This document shows positions 45,361-55,984 of a stretch of 64,000 bases of DNA, piece by piece (positions within the stretch are counted from its first letter, which is position 1; each line of letters opens with the position of its first letter). The notes beneath the pieces are model-generated. The model saw nothing but the letters and a program-made list of their open reading frames with translations, ran no database searches and was not told the DNA's origin. Both the position numbers and the translations under genes were made by a program. The stretch is from Oikopleura dioica. Lineage: Eukaryota; Animalia; Chordata. The DNA lies in contig OU015570.1 in the NCBI GenBank assembly GCA_907165135.1, positions 868,001 through 932,000 of the forward strand. The letters run 5' to 3'.

Positions 45361-47681
45361 CAGGGCTGGTAAATTAGCGCACTATTTTCTCTCGAAGAAA
45401 AAATTAGCGCACTAATTTTTTAGAGACATTTTCGCGTCTTTCGCGCCTTTAGTGCACTAAAATGACACTAATTTTTCCTCTTGGGGAAATTAGTGACTTT
45501 TCGAGAGCTGATCAGCACTAAAGACGCGAAAAAGAGGCTCATTTTCATCATCCAATAGGCTCTTCCCGGATGATAGTTTCATGGAAGACGATTTTGATCA
45601 GGGAAGAATTTCTTCAAACTGAAACTGCTAGATATATAAAAATCAATGCATCGTTAATATGACACAATTTAATTTTAAAAAATTACTTATTTAGTAACAA
45701 ATAAGTTGAAAAGAATAAAAGTCAACTTTTGTTGGAAATTCTTTTGTCGAGTTAAATGATGAGGTAAGATAAGCTTTCCTAGGGTCCCTAGCCTAGGGAG
45801 GTCCTCTCCTAATTTTTTTATCGCAGGGCCATCCGCAGCTGGATCTTCCTGCTTTTCTTCATTTTTGCCTTTCTTCTTCTTGTCGTTGTCCGACAACTTC
45901 TCCTCAACAGTCTCTGAAGCTAGAGCAGCCTTGACTAATACTTTCTACTTTCGTGGTCTTAAGAGCTCTTCTCAGTATCTTTATTCAGTATCTTTATTCA
46001 TAGAATCATATTTATTTGATAATTTAGAAGGGAGGGCTCCTCCTCAATTCACGCTTACTTCCTTGATTTTTAATTTAAGGGTAGAACATGAAATCGGCGC
46101 GTGGCGCCTCGCTCGCTCAGCGCCCCGCCGTGCCCTACTTTTCAGAATGCCCTAAAATCGGAACGGATAAAGCTTTTCAAAAATTTCTTCGGATTTCAGA
46201 TTATCAAAGCCTTTACTTTTCACAGATCAAAAATGAGCAGAATCGTCAAAGAATAAGTTGGAGAAAATGACATGAGTTGGTTAAACTCTATCTCCTCTCG
46301 CAATTTTTATCCGATTTTTCAAATTTAGATAGGTCGAAAGTGCTCCGTTAGACCTAAAATTTCGTAGTCTCAGAATTAATTTTGAACCTCCCTAAAGTTC
46401 CACACGGCTTCTCAAAACAAGTGCTCTCACGCCGCGCCGCTTCTTCTCTCGCGCTGCGCGCCTCACGACGGTGCAGCTCTCATTTCAAAAGCTCATATAT
46501 AATTCCATAAAGCTTCAAAATTAATTCTGAGACTACGAAATTTTAGGTCTAACGGAGCACTTTCGACCTATCTAAATTTGAAAAAATCGGATAAGAATTG
46601 CGAGAGGAGATAGAGTTTAACCAACTCATGTCATTTTCTCCAACTTATTCTTTGACGATTCTGCTCATTTTTGATCTGTGAAAAGTAAAGGCTTTGATAA
46701 TCTGAAATCCGAAGAAATTTTTGAAAAGCTTTATCCGTTCCGATTTAAGGGCATTCTGAAAAGTAGGGCACGGCGGGGCGCTGGGCGAGCGAGGAGCCGC
46801 GCGCCGATTTCATGTTCTACCCTTAAGGGGCGTGTTGCGGGTTTTCCAACACTGTTGATAACTGCTAATGAAGAACTCCCAAAGTTTTTTAGTTTTCTAG
46901 GATATAGGCTATCATATAGCATTGTAAGTTTTTGAGTAAAATGTATTTGGAGGAAATCTCAAATCTGTTTTCTGAATTACAAGATAAGCATGAACTTGGG
47001 AGAAGATCTCCCTTCTGGATTATAAAATAAATTTGATTTTGTTAATAAAGAATCATATCAACAATTCGCACAAGGCTCCTCCAGCTGCAGACTTTTGAGG
47101 ACACCGAAATTAGTCGAACAATGACAAGAAAAAGATTGACAAGAAAGGGAAAAAGCAGGAATAACAAGCTGCGGATGGCCCTTCAATAAAAAAAATTAGG
47201 GAGAAGACCTCCCTAAGAAAGCTTATCTTAGGCTAAAAGTCTAAGCTTATCATTCAAATCAAGCACAAAAAGAGTTGCAAACAAAAGTTGAATTGTTTTT
47301 CTCTATATAATATAGCCTATATTATATAGGCTATATTTGTTACTTTATATTTATAAAGAAAATTAACAAATCAATTGACAAAGTCTTTTTGACTTTATAT
47401 TAAAATTCACGCCCTCAATTACCCAATCCACTTTATTGAAACCAAACTTTTGAATTTCTAATATTAGCGAAGTTTGAAATTCTCAAACTTACGTATTCTT
47501 TAGAATTAAAGAGCCCGCGCTCATTGGCGGGCCAATCAGCAGCCCTTATTTTCGACACTTTTCGAGACACACGCGAAAGAGACGCGAAAGTCGCTAAAGT
47601 CTCGACAAAATTAATTCGCGCACTAATTTTAGTGCACTAAAATTTTTCGACAGATTTTAGGACGCGAATTTACCAGCCCTG
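45361..47681. mobile_element. 2321-bp non-autonomous hAT-like element
   Basis: Perfect 15-bp TIR CAGGGCTGGTAAATT; 8-bp TSD CTTGGTTC (45353-45360, 47682-47689); empty site at ~56162-56169. Confidence 0.92.
46079..46822. mobile_element. 744-bp TTAA-flanked palindromic MITE (~305-bp arms, Kolobok-like)
   Basis: GGGTAGAACATGAAATCGGCGCG... inverted; TTAA at 46075-46078 and 46823-46826. Confidence 0.88.
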
Positions 47682-48286
47682 CTTGGTTCGGGCGATAGAA
47701 ACATGCGGTAGACTCGGGCCTTCCTCTATAAGCCCTTATGATTCATTTTTGTCCCAAAAATATGGGAAAATTTGTTGTCATCCGACGAAAGGCAAAAAAT
47801 ATCCATTTTAAGGCCACTTTTGAAATTCGCTGTCATCCAAAAAGGGGCCTTAAAATGGGTTTTCACTGTAGTTCTCTCTCGGCCTCGATCGTTGGGGACA
47901 CCCTTAAGCCCTTTTAGGGCTTCAAAGTATATTTTGGAGCACACTCAAATGCTCGGCATGCTCATTTGCTCGGGCGCTCGATTGCTCGGGCGCTCAAATG
48001 CTCGGACGCGAGTGAAAGAGTGTCCAAAGCGAATGAGCGTTTGATTTAATTGGTCGAAAATTAGCGCGAGAATATTTCTCCGAAAATAAACAATTAAAAG
48101 TGATCATCAGCGTATAATCACTCTAGATGCTGCATTTTCTAAATATACGCTAAAATGACTCATTGTATGATCATCTTAACAATTCCGGACAATAATTAAA
48201 TAACACTTGATGACTTATTGAAAAAAATAATGTTCATTTTCATTTCTTCCCGGTGATTACTTGTTTTTGAAATTGTTTCGAATTTA

Positions 48287-48948
48287 CAGTTTTTTCCTCT
48301 TTTGTGGACCCCAAGTTTGTGGACATTTTTTCCATTTTAAGGCCTTTAACCCGTTAACAGGCGCGTGGCTGTCTCACGGCCACGCAGCCTTTCGAGAGCG
48401 ATTATATAGGAATAACTCTAGTTTTTATCAAAAACAAAACAAAAAGATGTAGGAGAATGAGAAGACGCTTCTAAATCATTTTTTACCCTTGGAATTAGTT
48501 TTTCTCGTCCCTATTTCTCAGAAAACACCGTAAGGTGCGTGGACTTTAGACTGCCACGCGCCCGTTAACGCATAAGATCGGATGCCCAGTTAACGGGTTA
48601 AGTGGGACACTTTATAAAAGATGCTGTTCCAAGTTTGTGGACATTTTTTCGCGGAAAGAAATAAAAAAGACAATTTTTTTGTGGTGAGATTAATTCTAGC
48701 TAATCAAGATCGAGTTGCTCATTGTTTACGAAAAAACAAAATTAAAGGTTGAACTAGAGACAAAGGGGCCTTTGTCAGTCTTTCAGGAGCATAAATGCAA
48801 AGTCTAGAAAACCATTCGGCGTACTCAAATCTCGAAAAAAATTTAATCGATTTCGATGGGACATTTTTTCGGAAGACGTTGCCCAAGTTTGTGGACATTT
48901 TTCGAAAATTTTGGGACAAAAAATGTCCACAAAAGAGGAAAAGAACTG
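48287..48948. mobile_element. third copy of the ~410-bp MITE, with a 248-bp insert
   Basis: Same TIRs and body as 24088-24493. Confidence 0.9.
48350..48597. mobile_element. piggyBac-like MITE B
   Basis: TIR CCCGTTAAC; TTAA at 48346-48349 and 48598-48601. Confidence 0.85.
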
Positions 48949-49003
48949 TATTTCGATAAAACCCTAAGAATTAACACCACTAAGTCATGATTTATGTCCT
49001 GTA

Positions 49004-49402
49004 CAGTAGCCGGAGTCCAAAATAAGGGACACCAAGATAAGGGACTTTTTGACGAAAAATGCCGAAAATCTGCGCCTCAAAAAAATCTAATTTAAGGGAC
49101 TTTTTCAGACGAGAAAATTTCTTTTATTCAATCGACAGCAGATAAAGGAAATCAGTTGCTTGTATATTTTAGATTTTTTGAAAAATTAAGTGATCTGTGA
49201 TTAAAAATACGTAAACGCTCCAGAAGCTGGATTCGTAGAGATGGAAACAGCATTTTCAGCTTCTTCAAAAGCAAAAAACTGCTCTAGAAGATTTTTGTGA
49301 AAAATTTCGCTGCGCCCGGAAATTTTCCTTCATGACCCGATTAAAGGGACTATTTTCGACAATTTGTGGACCAAAAAAGTCCCATATTTTGGACTCCGGC
49401 TG
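49004..49402. mobile_element. TA-flanked MITE
   Basis: CAG(TA)GCCGGAGTCCAAAATA inverted at both ends, TA flanks. Confidence 0.8.
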
Positions 49403-51549
49403 TATAACATTTTTCATCGTCGACCAATAAAATCAAACACTCATTCGCTTGGACACTCTTTCGCTCGTGTCCGTGCAAAAGAGCGTCCCGAGCATTTGAG
49501 CGCCCGAGCAAATGAGCGCGCCGAGCATATGAGTAGGGTCCACGCTCAAATAATAGGGAGACACTGAATTGTGCCGCTTGCGCCGCCCACCATCGCCCGG
49601 TCTCGCCGGATCCGAAGATATTTCGTCTTTCAAAAGCGGTTAAGTCAGATTTTCATGTCAACTAAGTAATTCTGACATATTTATATTGTCTTAAAATTAA
49701 AAAAGGTAAACCTATAATTAAGGGTGCAAGTAGAGAAATTCTCAACAAAACTCAGATTTCGGCATAAAATCACTAATTAATTGAGCACGCGACGGGCCAG
49801 AGGCCCTTACGCGCGCATTTTCTGGTAGAGAACTCATTGGGTTGGCGGGGCCCAACTCTCGCTCTTGTTCAGAATTCTTTCTTAGGTCATGGTTGAGTCG
49901 GATGAGAGCCGGGTTGGTTCGGACCGGGCGACGCTGGGCGGCGCAGGGCTGCGCAAGGCTACGCAGGGCGGCACAATTCAGTCCCCTCCCCAAAAAAGCT
50001 ACCCGAAATAATGCTCGTATGATTCTCAAAATTAGATATGTGAAACAACTGTAATTAACAAGCGTTTTGACCCTTTTTGCAAAAATCCGGTTACCTCCGG
50101 TTCGCCAGGAAATCTACGATTTGCCAGGAAGGTATTTTTCTTTCCTGGCGGACCGTATGTCTGTTCTAGAAACTTCAATCGTGGACTTTTTTACGGCGCC
50201 TATGACTCATTAAAAAAAGGAAAGTCAAGGCCACGTTGCAGGATCGACTTTCCCCATTGGATTTGAACTCGCACATCTAGAGAAAGTATGCGTTGCGCTC
50301 GCTTGCTTTCCTTTTTTTATGAGTCATAGCCGCCGTAAAAAAAGTCCACGATGGTTGATTGTTTGCTAAAATTATGAAATATATTGATTGAGTTTTTATG
50401 AAAAAAGGGTTAGGGTATAATTGATTCCCAACGATTCAAGTTTTTGACATTGATTGATAGACTTTTCTATAAAAAGGGTAAGGGTTAAATTGATTCCCAA
50501 CGATTCAACTCTCGAACTCATCACTATCAGTTTGAAATGGGGCTTCGATGATAGTATCTTTTGACCTCAAACGACCCATTCTCCCTGGCGAACTCGATGG
50601 AGAAATATAACTTTCATCATTTTCTCCCAGTATTTCATAAAACAGTGCGTCTGGCACTGTACTAAGGTCTTCTTCGTCTTCTAATATTTCTAAAACCTCC
50701 GCATCTGGAATTAAATTCTGCTTTTAAAAATTCATCTCAACTTCAACTGACTCTCCCAATCTTCTTCTGAAACTGCATCATCGATAGGCTATCGACGATA
50801 GCGCACCGTTGAAGCACCGACTTTCTGACAGATAGATCGTTCTAGAGAGACCAAAAATGACATACGGTTCGCCAGGAAAAAATGGAATTTTTTCTTTCCT
50901 GGCGAACCGTATGTGATGGAGCATTTCCTGGCGAACCGAAGGTCTCCCAAAAAATCTATAAAGGGATTGAAAAATAATGAGGCCGCAAAGTGGGCAAAAA
51001 TGCAAAATCACCCAAGATCGCGCGTTTTTTTAAATTAAAAATTATAAAAAAATGTTATTTTGTATTCTTAATTCGAATCTTAAATCATTTTTTTGGAGGA
51101 TGGCCTAAATTTTACGAAATTGACAATTTTTCGTAAATTCTGAGCCATTTTTCAGAGCGCGCGGCCCGATGCCCCAGGCGCTCCAAGGGTGTCCACAAAG
51201 AAAACAAACTAGAGTGCTGTCTGGCGCTTCAGCTAACTCAAGTAAGCCTAATAAAAATGGCCCTTGAATCATAAATATTGAGAATTTATTTAAATCTAAG
51301 CCCAAGAAATATAGACAAATGTCTAAATTTTATAAAAGAAATCAACAACGACTAGATAATAAATAATTATTAATAATAGAGAATGATTCTTTCTGTCCTT
51401 TTTCATTCGTTCTATTAAACGATTTTCCGACAATTTTTGAATCCCATAATTTCCGTTTTTGAAAGAAATTTCCGAAAGTCAATATTTCCAATCTCCTTTA
51501 TTTTAGAATAATAATAATCGTCATCGGCGCGCACATGCCGTCAAACTTT

Positions 51550-51720
51550 TGGATCTTTCTTTGGAGCAGAGAATTTTCCAACAGAAAGAATTGTAGAAGG
51601 CTTACAGGTAATTTAAAAATCAAAGCATTCTTTCTTTATCAGTTTTTGTGAGAGCAAAGGAGCGGAATTACCACCCTGATGCACCAGAAGGAGATGTAGA
51701 GAAATTTAAGAAAATCGGAG
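51550..51720 (+). pseudogene. degenerate DnaJ (J-domain) fragment with a 35-bp intron
   Basis: QQKEL*KAY, GT-AG intron 51608-51642, then RNYHPDAPEGDVEKFKKIGE (HPD at 51672-51680); frameshifted. Confidence 0.6.
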
Positions 51721-51849
51721 AAGACATTGATGAAACGAAAAGTTAATGATGCTCTCAATGTTCTGATGGGGCTGAAAATTGTTTACAAAGAAAGAAATAA
51801 AGAGAAGACGATTTCTTGGGTCGACCTGCAAAATCAAGTTCTTTTAAAG
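51721..51849 (+). pseudogene. DP/E2F-type winged-helix fragment (TFDP-like DEF box)
   Basis: KRKVNDALNVLMGLKIVYKERNKEKTISWVDL resembles the DP motif [29 protein letters not shown]; GT donor at 51850. Confidence 0.65.
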
Positions 51850-52763
51850 GTAATTTCTATAATTCCACAAGGTCTCATAGAAAACAAACAATATAAGTCA
51901 TTTTTCCGATCAGTTCTTTATTTAAAATCATCGTTGATTCTAGAAACATGGTAATAGCGAAGAAGATTAACGAATTAATCATATTCATAGTCTTCATGGC
52001 GCTAAGGAATGATAATTCTTTTCTTTCTTTGCGGCTCCTTCAAATTCTCAGCACTAAATTTGAATTCAAAAAAATTTTTTGTTTTATTTGAGCCCTCAAT
52101 TTCATTGAATATTGATTTATCCACTGCTTCAGGATGAGCTGTCTCGACATTTGACTTATTTGGTAGCGGGTCATCAGAATGAGCTCGTTTTCTTGGTTGA
52201 GAAATTTCAGAATTGAACTGAAAATTGTTTGGAAATTTAAGAGTTAACGAAAGCCATACCTTATCAATGTACAATATTCGAGTCTTTTCGACATCAAAAT
52301 CAGTTGGAGATTCTCCAGAACACAATGCCGTTACAATACCAAGTGCTGCGATATGAGAATTTTCTTTCGAGATTTGCTTATTAATTTTAGCTTTAAATTT
52401 CATTAATTCTTTATACGGTATAAATTATACCTAATTCTAAAATTGTCGAACTGGGAGACTTTTGAGGGGTTATCATTAAAGCTGCCCCTAACCCTAACCC
52501 TAACCCTGCGCCCCCGGGACCCCCACCTAAGGCCTAAATCAGGGGCTTCGCCCCGAACCCCCTTAAGAGCCCCCAGCCCCTAACCCTAAACACTAGCCCA
52601 AATTCTAGAGTCTCCTATTGACCGCAGTTTGCGTAAGAATTGAGCTGGGAGGAAAAAGTCTCCCAGTGACCGCATATCACCACTTGTGGCACAGCTGGAC
52701 CTGCTTGCTCTTCTTCTGCTTCTTTCCTTCGACGATCAAGAATCACTGTAGACTTAGTTTGTG

Positions 52764-54700
52764 TTATTTTTTTCGGTCCCTAAATAATAAACTATCATCA
52801 GTTCGGATTTCTTTGATCGCGCGTACAAAATAAGGCGTTCTATCGGTTTCTTTGATGAATTTTTCAAAAGCGTCAGTGTCAAAGAGCATCTTTTTCGCAT
52901 TATTGTTAGCGAAATAAATTGACTTCAGCTGAAGAAGAAGAATAATTTTTCTAGTATTAAAATCACTTTTTTCTTCCATCTTTTTCTTGAACTCGGAGAT
53001 TTTGGTGAAACGCATAAGCATGGTAAGTTTTCTAGTTCTTCTTTGCTGGGAGAAAAGGCTTTCATTTTCGGATAGATCAGCTTCGATTTGGCGCCTTTCC
53101 GTATAAATTCCGCGAAGAAATTCAATAATTCTACTCATTGAATTTACTTTCGAAAAGCCAACTCCTTCCAGCTTGGAATGCTATAAATTAATATTGAATT
53201 TTAGTTCTACTTGGTGGACATCGCCTGGACGAAGTAACAGAAAAGGTCTTCAAGCTCATTTCCAGCTTCTTGTGGAACATTTGCCAGGAAGATCAAATGC
53301 TGACAAGGCTTTTTGAGAACATCCGAAACGTCTATTTGATGAACAGAGGCGACTTATTCAACTGTTTCTCTGACTTTCTCGCTGAGCACTTGACCGACGT
53401 AATTTACGTCACGTAAACGCCAGAAAATGCGCAACGACAGAGGATGAACTAGGCGACCCATGCATCAAGTCAAAAATGAACTCACGAAGTTTTCAATTCC
53501 GTTATTAGTCCCGTCGGATATGCCTTTTTCAGCATCTTTGGCCAATTGTGTACTCCAGGTACGTGGGGGATAGGATGAATCTTCTCGGAGCCACGTTGCC
53601 TTTAAATAATCAAGAAACTTAATTGGGCTTTCAATTTAGATCGAAAGAAAGTCAAGCGCGGGCTTGGAAAATACGACTTCATCGTTTTCCGCTGCATTAG
53701 AATAGTCTTCGACGAAGCGAATAACATGGTCATTCTTGAGTGGAAATCAACGCCAACAGCCATGGTCATTCGAGTTGATACAGAAGCAAAAGTCATTGCC
53801 AAGGTAACAAACGCAAGCATTAAATTTAAGCCCTTCCTTATCCCAAAGTAGGGCAGAATACGAGCATTTTTCCTTTTCAAAAATTTCCTCAACCAAAGAA
53901 GTGTAGAGACCAAAGTTTGATCGCTCTCCAAGATTGATAAACCCTTGTCAATGAACAACAGCTTGGACATCTTTAGCTCGCTCATAATCACTTTTCAATC
54001 CTAGTGAAGCTGCGTATCTCCGAACAGGTTTCATCATCTGTATTAACTTTTCGAGATGTTAAAAATACTATACTGGCAAAACAAAATGATCCCGAATCAA
54101 CCCAAAATGACCAAGGTGAGATAGTCTCGAAATTTTATCCCATGGATGAAAATGACAGCCCTTGAATACAAGATTTTTACAATCTTGTACAAGCTGATCT
54201 AACAGGGTCGTCGAAATCAGTCAGGATCATTTCGAGGACTGTATCACCGAGAAGTTTCTGTAAAAGCGGAAATTAAAATCATTTTTAGCAAATTCGTCAA
54301 TCAACTTATTCTTACGTCTGGCTATTCAAACAGTCCGTCGATGAGTGCCGAAACGAATTCTCACATTCGCCTGAATCAAGTCGTCCCTGCAAGATTATTA
54401 ATAGGTAAAAAAACTTTCCGCATTCCCTTCAAACCACGAAGGATTCTTATATAAGTCTCCTCCTTAAAATCATTCATGACAGCAGTGAACCTAGGAAAAA
54501 ATAGCCCTGGCGCTTGGTTCCAATTGTCCATAGTTGTCGCGCTCCAAGTTTTTCTTCTTTGAAATGTGCTTTCCGTCAGCGAGCCAGAAATTTGAAATTT
54601 TCAGCGCTTGAAGAGCTGAATCTGTAGCAAAACAAGCTATTTCATCCTAAATTTCATCTTGCTCATGATCTTCAAGCTCTTCATTTCTAATTCGCCAACG
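52764..54700 (-). pseudogene. intron-containing MULE-type transposase, decayed
   Basis: Manual translation in expected order: FWLADG, QLWTIG, KEETYIRILRGLK, ILTDFDDPVRSAC..GCHFH, LGLKSDYE, TNNGIENF. Many stops and frameshifts; 3' limit uncertain. Confidence 0.75.
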
Positions 54701-54740
54701 TGATTCTTTTTACTGTTTAAATTTATACTTTTATGCTTTA

Positions 54741-55370
54741 TTGGAGACAACAAGGAGAAAGAAAGACAAACCCACACGAACTATCCATATTCGCGGACTC
54801 GACCCATCCAAGACTACCAATGCAGCCCTTTTGGAGTTCTTTGAAAAATGCGGAGAAGTGAAGTACTGTACGCTCGCTGGCGAAGGTGATTTTGCTGAAG
54901 AATGCGATGTAAGCCAAACCTCTTCTGGACGACTTTGCAAATCATTTTAGGGTTACTTTGAGTTCTATGAAATCAAGTATTATCAACGCACTCAAACTTG
55001 AAGACAAAACAATCAATGAAAAACCATTCACGGTGCGCCTCTTTCACCAAACTGTAGTTAAATCTTGTTTCAGGTGGAAATGTCTAGATGTGCAATTTTG
55101 AAGAGCGCTGTGAAGCCGAAAATGTCCGCTGATGCGGCTATTGAAATCGCTGACGCCCTAAAAGCGGCAAAAGATGGACGGTTTCCAAGCGGTTTCTTCG
55201 GAGAAGCAACTGTAAATCTCGGTAAACAAGACCCGAATTGACCAACTCTAGCAGCTTATTTAGATCAAGAAGAGCAAGAATCTCTCGATGCGAAGAAAAA
55301 GAGCGTCGGGACAAAGAAAGAAAAGAACGAAAACGATAGAGGTCAAAAGAATCAATGAAATTCAAATAAG
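54741..55370 (+). pseudogene. SREK1/SRSF11-like RRM plus RS/KE-rich remnant
   Basis: RTIHIRGLDPSKTTNAALLEFFEKCGEVKYCTLAGEG; introns 54909-54950 and 55033-55073; then VEMSRCAILK and RSRRARISR..EKERRDKERKERKR. Frameshifts and stops. Confidence 0.72.
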
Positions 55371-55984
55371 TATTGGAGATCAAGTGCCTCGTTAGTTACC
55401 TTCATCTTTAGTTTGCACAAAAGTGAGGGGATACACATATGAAAACCATGCAAGATCTGCTCCAGTTCGCAATGCTATATTCCATGATTTGTTTAAAGGA
55501 TAACATCCGATAAGCTGTGGGTCCGAAAAGCTGCCCGTAAAAGGCAAATTTTCCCAATCTTCTGCATTCAGAGCTTTACTCGGATAAAGCTGCTTTTCCT
55601 GCATTTTCTATCATCAAAGTAATTGAAAAATAATTGCTGATAAAATTTTGTTCTTTTGACACACAATGCCGACGCTGAGAAGCCGTTGACTTCATAATGT
55701 CCGGAGACGCAGTCGAATATAACTAGCTTTTTTTAGTGAAACTTTCGGATTTCGAATGACAATTGAAAAAAGGGGAGGGGTCGAAACTATTCTGCATGCA
55801 GAATTATTCTGCAAAAGGATAACTATTCTGCGTTTCGCAGAACTATTCTGCCGAATGCAGAACTATTCTGCAAATGTAGAACTATTCTGCATAATACAGA
55901 ACTATTCTGCCGAATGCAGAACTATTCTGCAAATGTAGAACTATTCTGCATAATACAGAACTATTCTGCACAAGTACAGAACTA

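Larger units (their letters stand above)
42765..47868. mobile_element. composite non-autonomous element, copy 1
   Basis: CAGTG..AACCCATTTTAAGGCC TIRs with TA; near-identical inverted copy at 55985-58728. Confidence 0.8.
47935..49550. mobile_element. long-TIR element with GCTCGGGC repeats hosting nested MITEs
   Basis: ~47935-48058 is inverted at ~49420-49550; boundaries approximate. Confidence 0.6.

Noticed and set aside
52486-52507. (CCCTAA)n telomere-like repeat
   Set aside because: Under four units, inside a small inverted-repeat element (~52450-52667); similar short tracts occur in other repeats, so not a telomere or fusion site.
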